Assembly (NCBI GenBank): GCA_964426845.1
Contig: CAYRSA010000004.1
Location: forward strand, 61,845-125,844
Length of the DNA: 64,000 nt
Direction of reading: 5' to 3'
Origin: an uncultured Candidatus Saccharibacteria bacterium
Lineage (GTDB): Bacteria; Patescibacteriota; Saccharimonadia; Saccharimonadales; JAGQNJ01
In this document: one piece after another, positions 56,339 through 64,000 of the stretch
How positions within the stretch are numbered: position 1 is the stretch's first letter
How the letters are laid out: the number at the start of each line of letters is the position of its first letter
Translations under genes and position numbers: made by a program
Notes under the pieces: model-generated
Databases searched by the model: none
What the model was told of the DNA's origin: nothing
The model's input: the letters and a program-made list of their open reading frames with translations, nothing else

Positions 56339-58588
56339 CTAAGCTTTGTTCGCTTTTTGTACCTCTGTTACCTCTTCAGACTCCTCGCTTGTATCTGCGA
56401 AATTAACGGTGTGGGTCCCGGCTTCCAGCTTCTTCTTCTCAAAACTAAAGCCGAAAGTACTACCCTTGCCCTCCGCCGTTTTAAAGATAATTGAGCCGCC
56501 CTGGGCAATTACCACCTTCTTAGCCATAAACAGCCCCAAACCAGTACCGTCCGGTCGGGCCTTTTTAGCGTTGCCGGCTCGGTAGAACTTATTAAACAAC
56601 TGGTGTTGCTCGGCCTTAGGCACACCTATTCCATCGTCGGTCACTGTAAATTCGATTGTTTCACCCTTGTCAACTACAGCTACCACCACATGTCCTCCAG
56701 CCGGCGTGTAGTAAATGGCATTGTCGGCGAAGTTCATAACCACTTGGCGGATTTTGGTTTCGTCCATATTAAGCACCGGGAAGTTCTTGGGTTTGTCGTA
56801 TTTAACCTCCAGCCTCCGAGCCTCGGCCGTCTCTTTCAACTGTTCCAATTCCCCCTCCACAACATCAGCCAGATTGGTCGGTGCCGACTCAATTATGAAC
56901 TTGCCAGTCTTTAGCCGTGACACGTTTAACAGATCGGCAATCAGGTAAACCATGCGTTGTGAGCTCAGGAAAGCCTGGTCCAGCAATTTGCGCTGTTCTT
57001 TAGTAATCTTGCCAACATCACCCTCCAGCACCATCGAAACATAACCCTTAACAGAGGTCAGGGGCGTCCTCAGCTGGTGTGAAGCCATACTAATGAAGTC
57101 ATCCTTAGTCTGATCCATAGCCACCAACTTCTCATTAGCCTTGCGCAGCTCGCCGGTGGCCTTGTCAACTTTGGCCTGCAAAGTAACATTAAACTGCTGA
57201 ATTTCCTCAAACCTGAGGGCATTTTGAATAGCAATCACCAGCTCATCGGCGATAATCTCCAGAACTTTCTGGTCTTGCTGAGCATAGGGGTTGCCGCTCT
57301 TCTTGGGGCCTAACACTAATGAGCCGACAAGCGACCCTTTCTCTCCAGTTGAAATGAGCTGAGCAACCATACCGATGTCACTCTCAATCTTAAATTTCTT
57401 AAGAATAGCGTTGGTTTCGGCATTATCCTCGAGACCAAATATCTTTTCTTTAACCTCCTTGGCCGCCTGTATGATGTCATTGGTACGAGAGTTGGCTGAG
57501 TTACTGGTGGTAAACATGTTCTCAGGGGTATTCTCGCTCTCATAAACTACAAAGGTCACCTCAGCCGGCTTGAGATAGTGCTCCAATAACAACGAGGTGT
57601 TTTTAAGGATGTTCTTTACTTCAATCGAGGAAACCAGCTCTGAATTCAAATCGTTTAACAGAGACTGGGCGTCATAGGCATCTCTGTAAAACAGTTTATT
57701 GGTGAAACGGTCGATAAACTTCTTAATTGGCTGGTAACTAAAGGCTAGGAACAGGGCGGCCAGAATGTAGAAAGTTTGCTGGATGAGGTTAAAGTCAGGG
57801 GTACCTAGCACCTGATTGGATATACCGAAGACCAAAATCGCATATGTGGCCGCAAACACGGCCACCAATATGATGTAGGCCGCTGAGCGGGCCACGATGG
57901 CCCGGAAGTTCAACAACTGTTGTCGGAAGATACTGTAGAACACCGAGGCTGTGAATAACAGAGGCGCCGCGTAGCCCAGGAACAGAAACCGCTCACTGCC
58001 AGTTACGGCTGGCAACACCGTAATAAAGAAAGCTCCCAGGATAATACTCGAGATCAGCCCGGCAAAAACCGTGTAAGCCTGGCGCCTGACCACTGGTTCA
58101 ACACTTTTGAAGGCCGAGAACATGTTTTTAATGCTCAGGGCAGCAATAGCTAGGACGTAGAGTCCGACTACTCCCACCAGGGGTCCATAGGTGTAAACTG
58201 CTACTTCTCCAGGCGCTGACTGGGAGAAACTACCCGAAACTAAGGGGCTTAGAGTCAGAAACGGCACCACCAGGCCTACAGCCGTAATAACACCTTGAGC
58301 CTTGGTTTTGGCCTTTTCGACTGGAAACACCAGCGACAGCCTATATACGGTGATTAGGGACAGGGTACCCAGAAAAAAGCCGACTCGGTTCATTATATCG
58401 ATAAACGTTAGTTGATCTTTGACTTGGTACTGATAGTAGTCCAGCAGGATATTGGCCACTGTCCAGACAGCCATGTTGGCCGCAAACAAGATAAACACCT
58501 TGCTAACTTTCGAATGTTTTTTGTAGCCAAGCAACACCGCCAACACTACCTGCAGAAATGCAAGTACCATAAGCACGATATACTTCAT
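56339..58588 (-). CDS. Sensor histidine kinase: HisKA_7TM-like + extra TM + GAF + HisKA/HATPase
   Basis: About nine TM segments, LGPKKSGNPY..D..LEIIA GAF motif, SHQLRTP, NAIYY, DDGIG, GTGLGL. Confidence 0.9.
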   Translation of the reverse strand: MKYIVLMVLAFLQVVLAVLLGYKKHSKVSKVFILFAANMAVWTVANILLDYYQYQVKDQLTFIDIMNRVGFFLGTLSLITVYRLSLVFPVEKAKTKAQGVITAVGLVVPFLTLSPLVSGSFSQSAPGEVAVYTYGPLVGVVGLYVLAIAALSIKNMFSAFKSVEPVVRRQAYTVFAGLISSIILGAFFITVLPAVTGSERFLFLGYAAPLLFTASVFYSIFRQQLLNFRAIVARSAAYIILVAVFAATYAILVFGISNQVLGTPDFNLIQQTFYILAALFLAFSYQPIKKFIDRFTNKLFYRDAYDAQSLLNDLNSELVSSIEVKNILKNTSLLLEHYLKPAEVTFVVYESENTPENMFTTSNSANSRTNDIIQAAKEVKEKIFGLEDNAETNAILKKFKIESDIGMVAQLISTGEKGSLVGSLVLGPKKSGNPYAQQDQKVLEIIADELVIAIQNALRFEEIQQFNVTLQAKVDKATGELRKANEKLVAMDQTKDDFISMASHQLRTPLTSVKGYVSMVLEGDVGKITKEQRKLLDQAFLSSQRMVYLIADLLNVSRLKTGKFIIESAPTNLADVVEGELEQLKETAEARRLEVKYDKPKNFPVLNMDETKIRQVVMNFADNAIYYTPAGGHVVVAVVDKGETIEFTVTDDGIGVPKAEQHQLFNKFYRAGNAKKARPDGTGLGLFMAKKVVIAQGGSIIFKTAEGKGSTFGFSFEKKKLEAGTHTVNFADTSEESEEVTEVQKANKA

Positions 58589-58631
58589 GCTCTAAATTGT
58601 AACATCAATAAGCGTTAACGGTTTGCCGGCA

Positions 58632-59612
58632 TTACATGCGACGAGTAACCAGCGGGATGTCGTCTCTAGTAGATGGACCCAGTTGGTAAACGGGCACTTC
58701 CTGGCCAGAAATAATTTGTGAAATAGTCTCTCGAGCAGCACCGCGTTTGTCCAATTGGCGGTCACCAGTTGGCACGTGTACATATACGTCAGTGAAGCAA
58801 GCTTCGTTTTCTGGCGAGTATGGAATGTCTACCGCTACATAGTCAAGGTCGTAATGACCCGGTTTACCGGGCTCTGGCAAGTGAAATTCACGACCCAGTA
58901 GAAGTTCGTGGGTCACGCCAGTTCGGCCTAGAGATCGGATTGCTCCTTGGTTTAGGTAGGCAAATAGGTCTGTAACACCAGCTTCTTTACCAAGCATATA
59001 AGTGGCTTTGTAACTAATAAGCGTGTTGAGCTGACTGAACATATCGCCTTCTTCATTGACTCGTCCGGTGACGTGATTGGAGGTAACATTCCATACCTTA
59101 CCGATATCTTCGATTCCGTGGAATTCTTGGAGGGACGACAAATCTAGCACTTCGTTAGGGTCAGTTGCTGTCAGTCGGTCATCGATAACCTCGATACCAG
59201 TTAGGCCAGTTTCTGCTCGCTCCTCTTCGGTCATAGCCGGTACCAAGCGCTTTACGTGATCAATGCCGCTGGCACCTAGCGGGTTAGTGTCGACTGTGTA
59301 TAGCCAAATGGAGCGCTCTTCGTACTGAGCCATAGCAGCGTGATTATCATAACCAGTGTAAGCCTTAGTTTCAGTCATTCGACCGAAGTTAGCAGCCGGG
59401 TGATCCCAGGGTACAATTACGGTCACGATTGTTGGTCCTTCTGGATCAATATTCTCGCGCAGTTCATTAACTAATGATGCCTCAAGGGTATCAAGTAATT
59501 CCTCGTCAACTATATATGCTTCCCGAGATACAACAAAAGGCGCTACTGTGTCAGTAAATTGAGGAGTCAGAATTTCTGGGTTTCCTATTCTTGGTTGATC
59601 GGTTATTGCCAT
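58632..59612 (-). CDS. Divergent GNAT-fold protein, LuxI/FeeM (N-acyl amide synthase)-like
   Basis: Motif order GRMTETKAY / QYEERSIWL / VKRLVP / VWNVTSN / AGVTDLFAYLN parallels the LuxI/FeeM blocks (by eye only). Confidence 0.5.
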   Translation of the reverse strand: MAITDQPRIGNPEILTPQFTDTVAPFVVSREAYIVDEELLDTLEASLVNELRENIDPEGPTIVTVIVPWDHPAANFGRMTETKAYTGYDNHAAMAQYEERSIWLYTVDTNPLGASGIDHVKRLVPAMTEEERAETGLTGIEVIDDRLTATDPNEVLDLSSLQEFHGIEDIGKVWNVTSNHVTGRVNEEGDMFSQLNTLISYKATYMLGKEAGVTDLFAYLNQGAIRSLGRTGVTHELLLGREFHLPEPGKPGHYDLDYVAVDIPYSPENEACFTDVYVHVPTGDRQLDKRGAARETISQIISGQEVPVYQLGPSTRDDIPLVTRRM

Positions 59613-59644
59613 GTTTCGGGGTTCCCACTTATTTTAATGTTATT

Positions 59645-59673
59645 ATTGTACCATAGTATAGATTTTCAGTCAA
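59645..59673 (-). promoter_or_regulatory. Promoter of the GNAT-like gene
   Basis: TTGACT-17-(TGG)TACAAT. Confidence 0.7.
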
Positions 59674-59698
59674 TAGTATTCTGTGCTATTAATTAACG

Positions 59699-59746
59699 AA
59701 GCACCTCAGTGACCTCTGGCGTAAGCCAGAGATTTCCAAGGTGCTT
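59699..59746. other. Nested stem-loop between the membrane-protein and GNAT-like genes
   Basis: AAGCACCT..CTCTGGC-GTAA-GCCAGAG..AGGTGCTT. Confidence 0.6.
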
Positions 59747-59806
59747 TTAATCTAATAAGGTTCTGCTTAAATGCTAGCAGGAAGGCTGGCCTCAGTCAAA
59801 AGTATT

Positions 59807-60751
59807 TTAAGCAACATCGGTGGCTAGTAGTTCGGCTTCAATCTTCTTAGCCTCAAGTCTCGCCATCAAAGTTTTACGCTTAGTCTGAGATGCGTACAAG
59901 CCCAGGCCTGTGAAAAAGGAGGCCGCTAGGACGGGTGTCTTCAGCCAGTCAATCATGAATTGACAGACATCTTCCAGAACTGGGATGTCGTGTTTTATAC
60001 TACCTGTTAAGCCAGCGGCTACGCCGTAGTTAAACCCTACAATGGCAGTGGCTGCCATCGCACCCCTAACCAAGTTTTTAGCTATTGGTGTTTCGCCGCC
60101 GTCTGTGAGGTCTTTGCTAATTTCTACTCCACCAGTGCCAGTCCCCAGCGCTAAGCCAAGGTTTAACAACCCTTTACCTGCTGTTTGAGCTACGCGACTG
60201 TTCTTAAGACCAACGACCAGCTGGCTTTCTTTAACAGCGGTAGTCGCTCTCGAGAACATATCTTTTATCGGCGCTAGTTTAGATGGTTTTTCGCTGGCTT
60301 TAGGTTCACCCACCGACTTAAGTAAGGCTTTCTCGGTCTCGGTTAGCGAATCAGCCGGCTGAATGTAATGCTCATACATAGCTTTGGCAGCTGGCTTCAT
60401 GCGATAAAGAGCCCAAGCCGCAAAGAATGTTAAAGGAACTTCCAAAGCAATTGTCCTCTGTGCAACTTCCCAAGCCGAACCCCAAATATCCTGACCACCA
60501 GACTCGACAAAATGATCGGCGCCAGCATCGCTTATCCAAGTTTCATTACCCGAAGATAGTTCAAAGGTCTGTAGGGCTATATAGCCAGGGATCAACACGC
60601 GCTCAACTGGGTGCATATTCTTGGCAGACTCTAGGGCAATATGGCCAATTTCCGGACCATGACTTGACTCCCAGCGTATGCGAGCAGCTTCAACATAAGT
60701 ATTAAGCATGGGGGCTTGGGCTATTGCCACTTGAGATAGTTCGCTAATCAT
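59807..60751 (-). CDS. Hypothetical membrane protein (314 aa)
   Basis: Several hydrophobic/Gly-rich segments; AAGGA SD; own promoter. Confidence 0.75.
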   Translation of the reverse strand: MISELSQVAIAQAPMLNTYVEAARIRWESSHGPEIGHIALESAKNMHPVERVLIPGYIALQTFELSSGNETWISDAGADHFVESGGQDIWGSAWEVAQRTIALEVPLTFFAAWALYRMKPAAKAMYEHYIQPADSLTETEKALLKSVGEPKASEKPSKLAPIKDMFSRATTAVKESQLVVGLKNSRVAQTAGKGLLNLGLALGTGTGGVEISKDLTDGGETPIAKNLVRGAMAATAIVGFNYGVAAGLTGSIKHDIPVLEDVCQFMIDWLKTPVLAASFFTGLGLYASQTKRKTLMARLEAKKIEAELLATDVA

Positions 60752-60837
60752 AAATTTCCTTGGCTAAAAAATAGGCCCCACCACCATCCCATCTTAGGAC
60801 TGATCAGCGGGCACCTAAACTTCTAAAGTACTCTTAC

Positions 60838-60866
60838 ATTGTAATATATTGTGCCTAAAAAGTCAA
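60838..60866 (-). promoter_or_regulatory. Promoter of the membrane-protein gene
   Basis: TTGACT-17-TACAAT. Confidence 0.65.
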
Positions 60867-60915
60867 GTCGTGCTATCTCTGGTTCCTTGTAGATAAATTG
60901 TTACAATAAAGTCAT

Positions 60916-61296
60916 ATGCAACAAGCCACCATCGCCGTCATCGAAGATGAACCGACCTTGAATGAGATGTACCAGATGAAATTGAAACTGGAGGGCTTTA
61001 AGGTCGTCTCGGCCCTAGACGGCCAAGCAGGCCTGGAAATCGCGGACAAGTATCGCCCTGACCTAATACTTCTAGACCTTAAAATGCCTGTTATGAGTGG
61101 CGACGAGATGCTGGCTAAGCTGCGCCAAACAGATTGGGGTGCCGAAATCAAAGTCATTATTTTGACCAACATTAGTCGCGATGAAGCCCCGCAAAGCCTA
61201 CGGATGCTCAACGTTGATCGTTATATAGTCAAGGCTCATTACACGCCGGCCCAGGTGATCTCCGAAGTGCGCAGCGTACTCGGTAGACGTACTTAA
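60916..61296 (+). CDS. Single-domain response regulator (receiver)
   Basis: IEDE, LLDLKMP, IILTN, IVK. Confidence 0.93.
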   Translation: MQQATIAVIEDEPTLNEMYQMKLKLEGFKVVSALDGQAGLEIADKYRPDLILLDLKMPVMSGDEMLAKLRQTDWGAEIKVIILTNISRDEAPQSLRMLNVDRYIVKAHYTPAQVISEVRSVLGRRT

Positions 61297-61323
61297 TTTG
61301 CCGCGTCGTGGTAGGATTAGTAT

Positions 61324-61695
61324 ATGGCAACTAAAATTGCGATTGTCGAAGATGACCAAGCCATCTCCCAGATGTATCGCTTTAAGTTTGAGGCCGAGGA
61401 TTTCACGGTTGAAACCGCCGAGAACGGCAAACTAGGCTTGGAATTAGCTGAAAAGATGAAGCCCGACATCATCTTGCTGGACCTAATGATGCCCGAGATG
61501 AACGGTGATGAGATGTTGGCCGCTCTGCGAAAAACTGACTGGGGCAAGAACATCAAGGTCATTATTCTGACCAACATGGGCGAGCAAGAAGTGCCCGAAG
61601 CTGTTAAGAACTTGGGTGTATCGGCAGTCATCCTGAAAGCTGATATGACCCCTCGCCAGGTGGCTGAGCTGGTCAAAGAGCAGCTCGGTAAATAG
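61324..61695 (+). CDS. Single-domain response regulator (receiver), paralog of the neighbour
   Basis: VEDD, LLDLMMP, IILTN, ILK. Confidence 0.93.
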   Translation: MATKIAIVEDDQAISQMYRFKFEAEDFTVETAENGKLGLELAEKMKPDIILLDLMMPEMNGDEMLAALRKTDWGKNIKVIILTNMGEQEVPEAVKNLGVSAVILKADMTPRQVAELVKEQLGK

Positions 61696-61712
61696 ACTGT
61701 TATAATAAGCAT

Positions 61713-63065
61713 ATGAACATTGCAATACTTGGCTTCGATCGGCAGGGTCGATCGGCCTTTAACTACTGGAATAAGCCTGAAAACACCATCACAATCTGCG
61801 ACCAAAATTATGTCGACGACACCCCACCCGGGGTGCCCACCAGGTTTGGCGGTGATTACCTCAATGACCTCTATAAGTTTGATCTCATTATCCGCACGCC
61901 CGGCCTGCACGAGAAAGAAATTGTCGACAACAACACCGAAGACCCCAACATTTTGGCCAAAGTTACCACTGTTACCAACGAATTCTTCAAAGTCTGCCCC
62001 ACCAAGCGAATTATCGGCGTCACCGGCACTAAGGGCAAAGGTACCACTTCGACACTTATCGCTAAGTTCTTAGAAGCTGCTGGCTACAAAGTCCACCTGG
62101 GTGGTAATATCGGTATAGCGCCTCTGGAATTACTCAAAAATGGCATCAAGCCTGAAGATTGGGTAGTGATGGAGCTGGCCAACTTCCAGCTGATCGACCT
62201 TAAGTACTCCCCGCATATCGCCGTTTGCCTGATGATTGCTCCGGAACACTTGGATTGGCACCAAGATATGTATGAATACATCGAGGCCAAACAACAGCTT
62301 TTTGCTCATCAGCAACTGCACGATGTGGCTATTTTCAACGCTCTCGACATCTATTCTCAAGAGATAGCCGATGCCTCACCGGCCATGCAGTTCGGCTATG
62401 AAGTTCCGCCAGAAGGCCAACAGCCAGAGAATAAAACCGGTGCCTACGTTGACGGGCATCACATATGTTTCCAAGGTGAAAAGATTTGCCGTATTAGTGA
62501 GGTTGTTTTACCCGGCCGCCATAATCTAGAGAACGTTTGCGCCGCGATTACGGCCGTTTATCCCCTGATTGCCCAGGCTCAAAAACATCCCCACAATGTC
62601 ATCAAGGGGGTACTAAAGACCTTCGTAGGCTTGCCACACCGGATTGAGATTGTCGGCCAAGCCAGGGGCGTGTGGTTTATTAACGATTCATACTCGACTA
62701 ATCCAGCCTCGGCGGTTGCTGCTATTCGGGCCGTCGACCACCCGCAAATTGTGGTTATCGGCGGCTATGACCGCGGTCTAGATCTTGGCGAGTTAATTGA
62801 GGAAATTAAGACCAATAAACTAGTCAAAAAGGTCCTGGTAATTGGTGCTTCTGGCCAACGAGTGGCTCAGACCCTAAAAGGCCATAACTTTAATAATTAT
62901 CAGCTGTCGACAGCCACCACTATGCCGGCCATTGTCGGCGAAGCTCTGGCTTTAGCTCGCAAGGGCGACGCCGTAGTCTTCTCGCCAGCCTTCCCAAGCT
63001 TTGATATGTTTAAGGATTTTGAAGTACGTGGCAATCAGTTTAAGGCCGCTGTTAAAGCTCTATGA
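61713..63065 (+). CDS. murD: UDP-MurNAc-L-Ala--Glu ligase (probably L-Glu-adding MurD2 type)
   Basis: GVTGTKGKGTT, GGNIG, ELANFQL, EHLDWH, GLPHRIE, NDSYST, SPAFPSFD. Confidence 0.93.
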   Translation: MNIAILGFDRQGRSAFNYWNKPENTITICDQNYVDDTPPGVPTRFGGDYLNDLYKFDLIIRTPGLHEKEIVDNNTEDPNILAKVTTVTNEFFKVCPTKRIIGVTGTKGKGTTSTLIAKFLEAAGYKVHLGGNIGIAPLELLKNGIKPEDWVVMELANFQLIDLKYSPHIAVCLMIAPEHLDWHQDMYEYIEAKQQLFAHQQLHDVAIFNALDIYSQEIADASPAMQFGYEVPPEGQQPENKTGAYVDGHHICFQGEKICRISEVVLPGRHNLENVCAAITAVYPLIAQAQKHPHNVIKGVLKTFVGLPHRIEIVGQARGVWFINDSYSTNPASAVAAIRAVDHPQIVVIGGYDRGLDLGELIEEIKTNKLVKKVLVIGASGQRVAQTLKGHNFNNYQLSTATTMPAIVGEALALARKGDAVVFSPAFPSFDMFKDFEVRGNQFKAAVKAL

Positions 63066-64000
63066 AATACCGGCAGTTCATTTTTCAGGATTACCGCTTC
63101 GACCCGGCCACCAAGAAGTTAGTCCTGCATTACGCCATCGACGAAGCCTGGCATTTCAGCGAGACCTATGAGTTTGAATTTGATTTCGTTGATTACGACC
63201 CGGCCGTTCTGGACCAAGCCGTTCAAGCTCTGTTCTTCATCGCCGGCACCTCCTACTTCAAGACCTTTGTCCCCCCGGAAATTGTCGTCAATAAAGGCTC
63301 CATCGATACCGGCGACGCGGCTTTCTACAGCCAAGTCTATCAAGAAGGCTTAGGTGAGTTTTGGTACGTTAACAAACTCGACCCTAAAACCCCTGTTAAT
63401 TTCCCGGTAAATGGCGAGGTCAAACCCCTACCAGACTTTGACAACACAGGACTACTTATCGGGCTGGGAGGCGGTAAAGATTCCTTGACCACTACTGAGT
63501 TACTAAGGGATAAGGCCGATATCGCCACCTGGAGCCTTAACCATCGCCAACAACTTGAGCCCCTGGTCCACAAGGTCGGCCGGCCACACTTTTTTGTCGC
63601 CCGACAGTGGGACCCTCAACTTAAAGATATAGTCCAACACGGCGGCCTCAACGGCCACGTGCCAATTTCTGCCATCTTTGCCGCTGTCGGCACTATCGTC
63701 GCCGTACTAACTGGCAAACGGGACGTCGTTACCTCTAACGAACAATCGGCCAACGAACCGACTCTCGAGTATCAAGGCATCGCCATCAATCACCAATACT
63801 CCAAATCCCAAGCTTTCGAGAAGATCTACCAGAACTATCTCACCCGACACTTTGGTGACCAGCTCCGCTACTATTCATTCCTCAGACCTTTTAGTGAAAT
63901 TAAGATCGCCGAGATCTTCTCTCGCGTCGGTTTTGAAAAATATAAAGACGTCTTCAGCTCTTGCAACCGAGCTTACGTCGTCGAGAGCAACCACATGTCC
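63062..64000 (+). CDS. murL: UDP-MurNAc-L-Ala-L-Glu epimerase (runs off the window)
   Basis: Manual translation MKYRQFIFQDY..AGTSYFK..GLGEFWYVN..GGGKDS..NGHVP..SNEQSANE..NHQYSKS..FSSCN; ATGA overlap with murD. Confidence 0.85.
   Translation, partial: MKYRQFIFQDYRFDPATKKLVLHYAIDEAWHFSETYEFEFDFVDYDPAVLDQAVQALFFIAGTSYFKTFVPPEIVVNKGSIDTGDAAFYSQVYQEGLGEFWYVNKLDPKTPVNFPVNGEVKPLPDFDNTGLLIGLGGGKDSLTTTELLRDKADIATWSLNHRQQLEPLVHKVGRPHFFVARQWDPQLKDIVQHGGLNGHVPISAIFAAVGTIVAVLTGKRDVVTSNEQSANEPTLEYQGIAINHQYSKSQAFEKIYQNYLTRHFGDQLRYYSFLRPFSEIKIAEIFSRVGFEKYKDVFSSCNRAYVVESNHMS

Noticed and set aside
61317-61910. 197-aa minus-strand ORF
   Set aside because: Antisense to a receiver gene and murD, both strongly supported.
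63119-63573. Short ORFs at the right edge
   Set aside because: Shadows of the truncated murL gene.
1-64000. Genetic code 25 (UGA=Gly) or selenocysteine recoding
   Set aside because: Conserved genes are full length under code 11, and TGA acts as a stop (e.g. murD, pcrA, tpiA).
1-64000. CRISPR array, IS element, integrase, rRNA or group I/II intron
   Set aside because: No regularly spaced repeats, transposase/recombinase/RT motifs or rRNA-like tracts seen by eye.

Overview
A 64 kb chromosomal segment, mostly minus-strand genes, standard genetic code. Gene content and style point to a Saccharibacteria (TM7, Patescibacteria/CPR) genome; this is inference from the short AlaRS/MetRS, the FtsA-like + baseplate-J-like pair, MurD+MurL, stand-alone receivers and interspersed orphans. 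Housekeeping genes: uvrC (partial), trhO, rplY, uvrA, sbcB, obgE, mltG, ruvX, ftsA-like, alaS, mnmA, iscS, tatD, metG, rsmA, pcrA, tpiA, pgk, pyk, murD, murL (partial), tmRNA and tRNA-Glu(TTC). Accessory content: an ABC exporter pair behind a probable leader-peptide attenuator, pyrF-pyrE, a GH37 trehalase, a cytochrome b5 fusion, a DoxX/FAD-oxidoreductase/NDH-2 cluster, and a vWA-MoxR-DUF58-like operon with degenerate catalytic motifs upstream of two surface-protein genes. The best candidate for an undescribed system is 56.3-61.7 kb: a membrane protein, a divergent LuxI/FeeM-like GNAT (possible signal synthase), a 7TM-GAF histidine kinase and two stand-alone receiver domains, i.e. a possible chemical-signalling module. 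Other points of note are widespread apparently leaderless promoters, a recurrent GCTTATGC intergenic motif, a probable ATT start codon, an unusually long tmRNA tag, and several unannotated small ORFs. No CRISPR array, integrase, transposase or prophage was seen. All family assignments come from motif recognition by eye; no searches were run.
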